Of a stretch of DNA of 64,000 bases, positions 17,700-25,455 are shown in pieces. The stretch lies in the IMG/VR virus record IMGVR_UViG_3300030328_002321, positions 21,959 through 85,958 of that record. One strand, written 5' to 3'. This DNA comes from a virus. The notes under the pieces are model-generated. The model worked only from the letters and a program-made list of their open reading frames with translations, had not been told where the DNA came from and did not search any database. The translations under genes and the position numbers were made by a program. The stretch's first letter is position 1. Each line of letters begins with the position of its first letter.

Positions 17700-17900
17700 A
17701 TGGCTGAAACCGTTAGCCCTTGCTGTGGCTATGAATACAGCGAAGTAACATTTCCATGTGGATGCGAAATGTACCAATGTAACAATCCCAAATGTAACGA
17801 TCATTTTGATGAGCCTATAGATGACTATGAATATAGACAACAAAGGCTTGATGAAATTGCAGAAGCACGTGCAGATGAAGCTCGTGATATGGGATACTAA
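17700..17900 (+). CDS. Small Cys-rich (zinc-ribbon-like) protein
   Basis: SPCCG...CGC...YQCNNPKCNDHF; preceded by the AACCAATTAAACAC motif. Confidence 0.7.
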   Translation: MAETVSPCCGYEYSEVTFPCGCEMYQCNNPKCNDHFDEPIDDYEYRQQRLDEIAEARADEARDMGY

Positions 17901-17925
17901 TATAAACCAATTAAACACAAATTTT

Positions 17926-20670
17926 ATGAGTATTAAAACTATTGATAAGCCTATGCAAGGTAGCGCCGGCATAGCAAAGAAAATTAACAAAGGCGCTGAG
18001 AAGATGGTATTTGACATTCTTCAATCTACACAATATTCTATGCCAATTCAGTCTACTATTAGAGAACTTGTTACCAATGCATGTGACTCTCAGCGAGAAA
18101 AAGAAGTAGCAATAGAAATATTGACAGGTAAAAAGAAAGTTGAAGACTATTACATAGAACGCCATGGTGCGCAGTATGAAGATAGTAATTTTAATAAAAA
18201 TTATTATAATCTAGCACATTTACAACATGATAAAAATCATATTGATTTATTATATACACAAAATGAAGGTGTTGGATATTGTGATATATTTTCAGTTACT
18301 GATTATGGTGTAGGTATTGGATCAAGACGTTTAGAAGGTATATTGGAACTGGGTTATTCTACGAAAAGAAATACCAGTGAAAATTTTGGTGCCTTTGGTC
18401 TTGGAGCAAAAGCTGCATTATCAACCGGTGTAGATTTCTATACTATAGAAACTATATACAATGGTATGAGATTTAAATGCAACTGTTATAATTACAAAAC
18501 TGATTTTATTATACCAGCTTTTAATATAAAAACAGGAATGCAGAATAAATTTATAACTTTTAGTGACGGTAGTAAAGTATATTATGAGCATTCTAATGAA
18601 GTAAATCAAACTACTATATCATTTGGTGTAAAACGTCACAATCGTAATAAGTTTGAAGAAGCTATTGAAGAACAATTAATGTATTTTGACAACGTTAATT
18701 TTAATATTAAGTATGAGGGTGGTGAGTCTAGAGAAATGCATTTTAAAACTGAAGTACTTTACAACTCTAAAAACATAATAATTGGTGACAGTTACTATTT
18801 TAGTAAACCACATATTGTTCTTGTTAAAGATACAGATGCTTCTACAGGTATTAACTATGGTTTTATTGATTTTAAAGAACTAGAAATGCAACAAATGTAT
18901 GGTTGTGTTGCTTTCAAATGTCCTGCTAGACAAGTGGTCACTAATGAAGACGGTACAGAAACTGTATTACAAGAAGGTGTAGATGTTACTCCATCTCGTG
19001 AGAAAGTTATATGGAACGAAGCTACTAAAAAATACATTAAAAGTGTAATTGAGTCAGCTGCTCAAGAAGCTAGTGATATGGTGGAAGAGCAATTGGAAGA
19101 AACTGATTTCTTGAAATGGATTGATAAATGTAGATCTATTATATCTGGGGACTCTGGTGAAAATAAAATCTTAAGTAAGATTGCGCGGATTATTGATAAA
19201 GACTTAATTAAACCTAAGTTTGGTCCTGATCCTAGAATTAAATATAGTTCTATAACTAAATTATTTGATGGTCTAAAACTTATGAGACCAGTTTTAATAA
19301 ATAGTACTATGGAACGAGAACCAGTAAAAGATTGGGGTGGATTTGATGCTAAACATTTTTATGAAAGAAGAGAACAGTTTAGTAAATATAAAGATTCTTA
19401 TTTACAACAATTAGATATAGAAGATTCTTATCTATCTAATAAAGTTTGTACTTACACTTTAGAGGATTTAAACTCTAGATTTAGTGAGTCTATACTTAAA
19501 GCTACAGGTGATGCACAAGTTAAACTTTTGAATGAAAAAGCTAGAGTAACAGCTAAAAGAACAGCAGTTCTTAAGTTTATTGAAGCTTCTGAATGGTATA
19601 AAAACTATGATGAAGTAGAAGTACCTGAAGAGTTTATTACAAAATGTAAAGATATAGAAGAAGAGCAATTAGAAAAAGCTAAATATAATAATTTAACAGC
19701 TGCAGAGCGCCGTGAGATAGAAAAGCGGATGGTAGCATATACTGTTAGATGGGATGATCGTAAAGATGATAGGCTTACATTAGAAAAAATTGAGCCTAAA
19801 GCTAAAGATCTTATGGGTAGCTCTAATAGCATTTATTATTGTACTAAAGAAGATGAAGATAAAATGAAAGCTGCTGCTTTATTACTTAAAGAAGTTGTTC
19901 CACATTTTAAAGAAGTTTATCCAAATGCTAGTTGGCATGATAATGGTAATCAAAGAGAGTCTTCAAGTTATCCTATTTATTGGTATGAACATCCGCCAGT
20001 TAGATTTTTACAGTGGCAGCACAAAGGTGAGTATTATGAATGGGCTAATCCTAAACAAGGATGGGATACACCACAATTAATACGTGTTAGTCAAAATAAG
20101 GTTAAGTTTATTACACAAAACCCTAATGTTAAACACATTGACGAACTATTTTTACAATTAACAGATAATAACGGATATACTATGGACAATTCACTTATTA
20201 AATATTACACAGCACATAAATTAGAGAAAATAAATAAATTTAGATTTATGCAAGGTTTAAAATGTATACACCCTGAATTACAAGAAGATTATTGTGAACT
20301 CATGGATTTGAGGAATAATAATTATTCAGAATGGGAATACAGAGAGGTACGCAAAATGGCTCCCTCTATAATTAAGCATATGGATAAATTATATGAATTT
20401 CAAAAGTTTATAACAGACTGTGATGATTCAGATTTAATAGAAGAAAAGTCTAAAGAACTGTTTGTTTTGTCAGATATTAGTGAGGCTAAAGCTGCTGATT
20501 TGAATATATTAGCTAAGTATGATAATATAGTAGAATTTGCAGAAGAAGTTAAACCGCTATTAGATGAATTATCGTGTCTTGAGAGTAGAGAATGTGATAT
20601 GTCTCCTGAACTTGAGAAAGAGGTTAGAGTTTATTTAAGAGCTAAATCTAGAGAAGTATGGGAAGATTAA
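17926..20670 (+). CDS. rIIA: rIIA-like protein (GHKL/Hsp90-type ATPase N-terminus)
   Basis: IRELVTNACDS, DYGVGI, STKR...GAFGLGAKA and VDVTPSRE motifs of T4 rIIA-like proteins; start taken at MSIKTID after the AACCAATTAAACAC motif. Confidence 0.88.
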   Translation: MSIKTIDKPMQGSAGIAKKINKGAEKMVFDILQSTQYSMPIQSTIRELVTNACDSQREKEVAIEILTGKKKVEDYYIERHGAQYEDSNFNKNYYNLAHLQHDKNHIDLLYTQNEGVGYCDIFSVTDYGVGIGSRRLEGILELGYSTKRNTSENFGAFGLGAKAALSTGVDFYTIETIYNGMRFKCNCYNYKTDFIIPAFNIKTGMQNKFITFSDGSKVYYEHSNEVNQTTISFGVKRHNRNKFEEAIEEQLMYFDNVNFNIKYEGGESREMHFKTEVLYNSKNIIIGDSYYFSKPHIVLVKDTDASTGINYGFIDFKELEMQQMYGCVAFKCPARQVVTNEDGTETVLQEGVDVTPSREKVIWNEATKKYIKSVIESAAQEASDMVEEQLEETDFLKWIDKCRSIISGDSGENKILSKIARIIDKDLIKPKFGPDPRIKYSSITKLFDGLKLMRPVLINSTMEREPVKDWGGFDAKHFYERREQFSKYKDSYLQQLDIEDSYLSNKVCTYTLEDLNSRFSESILKATGDAQVKLLNEKARVTAKRTAVLKFIEASEWYKNYDEVEVPEEFITKCKDIEEEQLEKAKYNNLTAAERREIEKRMVAYTVRWDDRKDDRLTLEKIEPKAKDLMGSSNSIYYCTKEDEDKMKAAALLLKEVVPHFKEVYPNASWHDNGNQRESSSYPIYWYEHPPVRFLQWQHKGEYYEWANPKQGWDTPQLIRVSQNKVKFITQNPNVKHIDELFLQLTDNNGYTMDNSLIKYYTAHKLEKINKFRFMQGLKCIHPELQEDYCELMDLRNNNYSEWEYREVRKMAPSIIKHMDKLYEFQKFITDCDDSDLIEEKSKELFVLSDISEAKAADLNILAKYDNIVEFAEEVKPLLDELSCLESRECDMSPELEKEVRVYLRAKSREVWED

Positions 20671-21521
20671 TAACTAAAGATATAAGAAAAACATTTAAGA
20701 TTCGTGCTTCTGGACGATCTACAGATTTTATATCTCCTAGTTTTGGACATGGCTGTTTATATAATTGTTCTTATTGTTATATGAAACGTCATAAAGATAA
20801 AGGTTTGTCTATTGCTGTAAATACCGGTGATATATTAACAGCGATTAATAATCATGTATATTTTACAACAGTAGATAAACCTAATCAAACTCATGCAGAA
20901 TACACCACTTATGATATTAGCTGTAACGAAGATTTTGCGTTGCATGCTAAATATCATGATTGGAAAAGAATATTTGAATTCTTTAGAGATCATCCTATAG
21001 CTATGGGCAGTTTTGCAACAAAATTTGTAAATCCTGACTTAATTAACTTTGATCCTCAAGGTAAAATACGTATTAGATTTAGTTTAATGCCTCAGCATAA
21101 AGCAGATCTACACGAACGAGGTACTAGTAAAATAATAGATAGAATAAAAGCTATTGATGCATTTATTGATGCTGGATACGATGTACATGTTAATTATAGC
21201 CCTATTATAGTATATGATGGATGGCTAAAAGATTACAAATATGTATTTGATATGATGAACGATTATGTTACATATAAAGATCAAGTTTTAGCAGAATGTA
21301 TATTTTTAACTCACAATTTTAAGAAGCATGTTATAAATTTAGGTAGACACCCAGATACAGAAGTAGATTTATGGGTTCTAGACAAACAAGAAATAAAGCG
21401 CTCTCAATATGGAGGAGAAAATATTAGATATAAACTAGGAATGAAATCTGAATATATAAAACAATTTACAAAATTACATGAAGCAACAATACCGTGGAAT
21501 ACAATACGGTATATTTTTTAA
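20658..21521 (+). CDS. splB: Spore photoproduct lyase-like radical SAM enzyme
   Basis: GCLYNCSYCYM radical-SAM motif; DISCNED matches Bacillus SplB EASCTSD (catalytic Cys141 region); FATKFVN, IRFSL, E.GTS...RI.A and NYSPII also match. Confidence 0.85.
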   Translation: MGRLITKDIRKTFKIRASGRSTDFISPSFGHGCLYNCSYCYMKRHKDKGLSIAVNTGDILTAINNHVYFTTVDKPNQTHAEYTTYDISCNEDFALHAKYHDWKRIFEFFRDHPIAMGSFATKFVNPDLINFDPQGKIRIRFSLMPQHKADLHERGTSKIIDRIKAIDAFIDAGYDVHVNYSPIIVYDGWLKDYKYVFDMMNDYVTYKDQVLAECIFLTHNFKKHVINLGRHPDTEVDLWVLDKQEIKRSQYGGENIRYKLGMKSEYIKQFTKLHEATIPWNTIRYIF

Positions 21522-21538
21522 CCAATTAAATTTAAATT

Positions 21539-22705
21539 ATGATTACAATTAATGTTATTGAAAACAAAATCTGTGGAAGTTATGGTGATACGCCATTCAC
21601 AGTTGATTACAGTAAAGAACTGTATGATAGTATGAATGCCCTAGCAGTAGCTAGTGCTACAGTAGATACAATAGAAGAATACAATGAAATATTGGCTGCA
21701 TTTGCGCCTTTATGCGTTGTAGATTATACTAAAACTATTGAAACACAATGTGAATATATTCACGTTAATAAGGTTACAGGAGAATTCTTTCTTAAGCATA
21801 ATGGAGTGGTATCAACGATACCTATGCCACAAGCGTTAGTAGATAGAATATTTGATTCCTTAGATAAAGATCTAGACTTTATGCCTTTAATTAAAATGTG
21901 GACTAGATGGTTGCGTAACCCAATCTTGTGGAGAAAAATGAAGCAAGGTCATGGGAACGATTTCTGTGAGAGGTTCTTTAATTTTGTAAATATGCAATAT
22001 GTGCATCCAAAATATAAAGATGAGCTTATAGAACAAGGTCTTACTGATGAAGCAGCTTCTAAACGAGCAACAATGTACCAGATGAAAATCACCCATGAGG
22101 GATTACTAAATGGTTATAAAGTCTCAAGAGAAGTGCTTCATAAGTATGACGCAGAAACCGGTGAACAAATTGATCGTTACAAAAGAACGTTTAATGTTGA
22201 TACTGGTGAAATAGAAGGCAATGGATTACCAGAGCACGTAGAAGATAGATTGTTTGAACCAGCTGTTATGGGTAACGGTGGTGATGCATTTTTCTGTGAA
22301 GGTGCAAACGGTTACGCAAATCCAGGGCATTTTATTAAAGTAGGTTGTACCCATAGACTTGCAGATTGGAGTCAAGTTAACGTTAATGATACAGTATCTT
22401 GCGTTAAAGGTCTTCATATCGGTGGGTTAAAATATATTGCTTGGTATAGTGGAGAAATTCACAATATCTTTGTAGATCCTATGCATATCGGGGCAGTGCC
22501 TTGTGATGAAGACGGAGCTATTAGATGTAAGCAATATTTTGTTCATTCTTCCCTAGTGGGTGTGAATGGATCTATTTACCACAGCTCTAGCTATGCAGCT
22601 ATGACAGACGCTGAATGGGATGACATGCGCGCAAAAGCAGTGCAAGAAAGGTCTGAACGTAAAGCTCAAAGTGACAGGGAAGTTGCAGAGATCAATGCTC
22701 TGTAG
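21539..22705 (+). CDS. rIIB: rIIB-like protein
   Basis: PLIKMWTRWLRNP, ITHEGLLNGYK and CVKGLHIGGLKY resemble rIIB conserved blocks; downstream of rIIA. Confidence 0.8.
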   Translation: MITINVIENKICGSYGDTPFTVDYSKELYDSMNALAVASATVDTIEEYNEILAAFAPLCVVDYTKTIETQCEYIHVNKVTGEFFLKHNGVVSTIPMPQALVDRIFDSLDKDLDFMPLIKMWTRWLRNPILWRKMKQGHGNDFCERFFNFVNMQYVHPKYKDELIEQGLTDEAASKRATMYQMKITHEGLLNGYKVSREVLHKYDAETGEQIDRYKRTFNVDTGEIEGNGLPEHVEDRLFEPAVMGNGGDAFFCEGANGYANPGHFIKVGCTHRLADWSQVNVNDTVSCVKGLHIGGLKYIAWYSGEIHNIFVDPMHIGAVPCDEDGAIRCKQYFVHSSLVGVNGSIYHSSSYAAMTDAEWDDMRAKAVQERSERKAQSDREVAEINAL

Positions 22706-22723
22706 CTAGTGTTTAATTGGTAA

Positions 22724-22805
22724 GATATGAGGGGAGGTTAGTAATTTAATTAATAACTTTCAGCGGTTATACTTTGTGATAATTACAATTCCTCCCCTTT
22801 ATATC
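22724..22805 (+). other. Intergenic long stem-loop (family member)
   Basis: GATATGAGGGGAGG (22724-22737) / CCTCCCCTTTATATC (22791-22805), inner GTAATT/AATTAC and ATAAC/GTTAT. Confidence 0.7.
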
Positions 22806-22828
22806 GTTTACCTTAAAATTTAAAAAAA

Positions 22829-23581
22829 ATGACTAGAGATGAAAAAACGGCTTTAATTGATGGAGATAGTCTTATATATTATGAGATGAATAAATCAACA
22901 TTAGAAGAGGCTATAGATGGTATAGATATGAGAATTATTCAAATGCTTAATATAACTGGATGTACACACTACGCAGGTTTTCTAACCCAAGGTAAATGCT
23001 TTAGATACAACATAGCAACTACAAGACCATATAAATATAATAGAAAACGTGGTGATAAACCAATTATATTTCCAGCACTTAAAGAATATTTAAAACAAAA
23101 ATGGAAGTTTACATATATTCCTGAACTAGAAGCGGATGATTTAGTATCAGTATATCATGATCCTTTAAAGACTGTGATATGCAGTCCAGATAAAGATGTG
23201 TTATATCAAAATAAAGTACATAATTATAATTATGGTAAAGCAGAATTTGCAACTATAGATGAGAATGAATCTTTAAGTTTTTTATGGAAACAAGTACTAA
23301 TGGGAGACTCGACAGATGGAATAACCGGTATACCTAAAGTAGGTACGAAAACTGCAGAAGCATGGTTAGAAAATTTACTACCTGTAGAAATGCCTACATT
23401 TGTATTAAATAAATATATAGAAAAATTTGGATATTCTGAAGGAATTCATAGATTTACAGAAACATTTAAACTTATTTATATACTAAAAACTAAACAAGAT
23501 GTATTAAGAGAGACCGGTATAGAATTACCAGAGCTTGAAATACATAAAGTTGAACTTACAAATCAAGAAGAATTATGGTAA
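22829..23581 (+). CDS. 5'-3' exonuclease (T7 gp6 / PIN-like flap nuclease)
   Basis: LIDGDSLIY, FRY...YKYNR, LEADDL, SPDKD, GDSTDGITGIPKVGTKTA. Confidence 0.92.
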   Translation: MTRDEKTALIDGDSLIYYEMNKSTLEEAIDGIDMRIIQMLNITGCTHYAGFLTQGKCFRYNIATTRPYKYNRKRGDKPIIFPALKEYLKQKWKFTYIPELEADDLVSVYHDPLKTVICSPDKDVLYQNKVHNYNYGKAEFATIDENESLSFLWKQVLMGDSTDGITGIPKVGTKTAEAWLENLLPVEMPTFVLNKYIEKFGYSEGIHRFTETFKLIYILKTKQDVLRETGIELPELEIHKVELTNQEELW

Positions 23582-24348
23582 TACAATGTGATGAACTAAT
23601 ATATACGCCTGTAAATGCTTTAACATTTAAAATTACAGGAAACACTGTATGTTTAAAGCCTGTATACAAAAATAAAAAAATAGTTGCATTACAAGGGCCT
23701 GATAATATACTCCTTGATTTAGGTATAACTGTACTAGTTAAAAAATTAAAATACAAAGTTAATATTATAGAGAGAATTCCTAATGAGGTTCTCTCTATAA
23801 CTAACAAAGTAGAATATCATATATCGATGGCTAAAAGAACTAAAGCTTCTACATTTCTTATGCCTATGCTGCCAGGAAGTAAAAAACTTTATTTTTGGAA
23901 TAAATTATTTATGAATTGCTTTATAGCAACAGATGAAGATCACGATTGTATTGCTTTACTTTTTAGATGGTCTTCAGATTTAAGATTTATTAAATTTGAA
24001 AAATTACTTTCAACATTTAAAATGTTTAGACGTAGATATGATCCAAGCCCAAATCTTGTAATGTTTATTTTTGATATACCAAAAGGTTATAGAAGAGATT
24101 ATAGAGCATTTAGATTAGGTAAATATTCTAAATTGTCACGAGAATATAAAATAGATATTTTAGATTTTCATGACGCTGATATACAAGACGAAGTAGGACA
24201 AATATTGTTTAAAAGCGCTAAACGTAGAGAATTACTCGAAGCAAAATTAGATGCAGAGCTTCCAGAAGACTCGGAACTATTGAGTATTTTAGACGTTAAA
24301 ACAGAAACATATGATCCTAAAGTTTATAAATTAAAAAAATTATTATGA
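23575..24348 (+). CDS. Hypothetical protein
   Basis: 257-aa ORF coupled to both neighbours. Confidence 0.75.
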   Translation: MVIQCDELIYTPVNALTFKITGNTVCLKPVYKNKKIVALQGPDNILLDLGITVLVKKLKYKVNIIERIPNEVLSITNKVEYHISMAKRTKASTFLMPMLPGSKKLYFWNKLFMNCFIATDEDHDCIALLFRWSSDLRFIKFEKLLSTFKMFRRRYDPSPNLVMFIFDIPKGYRRDYRAFRLGKYSKLSREYKIDILDFHDADIQDEVGQILFKSAKRRELLEAKLDAELPEDSELLSILDVKTETYDPKVYKLKKLL

Positions 24349-24824
24349 AAATAGATGAAATAGTAAAATTAATAAGACATTCAAATTCTAGTACTAGAGG
24401 TGTTATAGGAAATAGATATAAAATAGTAGAACTTAAAAAAACAGAAGTTAAACTTTGTAGTGAAGAGACTGATGATCACTGTTTTTATACTCATCCTGAT
24501 AATGTAGAGCCTTTAGTACAATGTACCATTCCAGATTGGGTAGAAACACGTACGAGTACTTTACTAGAAGGCTCTTTTGAGGATAAATTAGATGAGGCCT
24601 CTAGTAATATTATAGAATTATTGAAAAGTAAAAACAAAGCTTATGGTAACACTGCATTAAATCCTGTTAAAATATTTAGTAGGCTTGATGCTACAGAAGC
24701 TTTATGTGCACGTATCGACGATAAAATTATGCGTATAAAAAATAAAGGTATTAATGATCAAACTGAAGATACAGTTGATGATCTTATAGGTTATTTACTT
24801 TTATTAAAAATGAGTATGCAATAA
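24345..24824 (+). CDS. Nmad1/DUF1599-like protein (nucleotide-modification-associated domain)
   Basis: C-terminal KNKAYGN...RIDDKIMRI...EDTVDDLIGYLLL. Confidence 0.75.
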   Translation: MKIDEIVKLIRHSNSSTRGVIGNRYKIVELKKTEVKLCSEETDDHCFYTHPDNVEPLVQCTIPDWVETRTSTLLEGSFEDKLDEASSNIIELLKSKNKAYGNTALNPVKIFSRLDATEALCARIDDKIMRIKNKGINDQTEDTVDDLIGYLLLLKMSMQ

Positions 24825-24853
24825 TGGGTATTGTTATATGGCCATCATAAATT

Positions 24854-24880
24854 AAAAGAGGGGGCAATTCCCCCTTTTTT
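24854..24880. terminator. Bidirectional intrinsic terminator at the convergence of the early and late arms
   Basis: AAAAGAGGGGG-CAATT-CCCCCTTTTTT with A/T tails on both sides. Confidence 0.85.
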
Positions 24881-24891
24881 ACAGCCCCCTT

Positions 24892-25455
24892 TTACTCTTT
24901 TATTTTTATTTCTATATCATGTGGAGCATATTCATTCCCCCCAAAATATGGATATAAATAGTACCGCCTTATTAAACCCCAATAACCTTCTGGTCTTCTT
25001 CTAACCATTGTAGTATCACCATCTATAATTATAACATAGTAAAATGTTGTTATATCTATTACCGCATTATAAATTACATTTGGTTCTATAGTTCTTATTG
25101 TGGCAGAACTGTGTCTACCTTCTTCGTGCCTCAACCAACAAAGCTCTAATTCATTATTTAAATACCTCCAACCAAGACGTATAGAATAGTTTTGATGTCT
25201 TACACCAAAATCACTCATGCCGTATATTTTATTTACATCGTGTTGGTTTTCTGGGATCTCTGAAGTATAGATTGCAGATTCAGTTAATATAAAATCAAAT
25301 TTTATTTTTGAATTAGTAGGATGACCAATAAAAGAACCAGAACTATGCTTGCCTTGCGGTATAGTATAAGTTCTAAACCCTAAATCATCTACCTCTTTTT
25401 TACACGATGTAAAAGTTAAAATGAATACTAACGCTAATCTAACGTAGTAAACCAT
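24892..25455 (-). CDS. Lipoprotein with a beta-sandwich (ConA-like) domain
   Basis: Signal peptide RLALVFILTFTS-C followed by KKEVDD; beta-rich, aromatic body. Confidence 0.75.
   Translation of the reverse strand: MVYYVRLALVFILTFTSCKKEVDDLGFRTYTIPQGKHSSGSFIGHPTNSKIKFDFILTESAIYTSEIPENQHDVNKIYGMSDFGVRHQNYSIRLGWRYLNNELELCWLRHEEGRHSSATIRTIEPNVIYNAVIDITTFYYVIIIDGDTTMVRRRPEGYWGLIRRYYLYPYFGGNEYAPHDIEIKIKE

Noticed and set aside
17679-22721. Transposon-like terminal inverted repeats around rIIA-rIIB
   Set aside because: No transposase or target-site duplication, and the same motif recurs in other gene leaders, so a regulatory role fits better.
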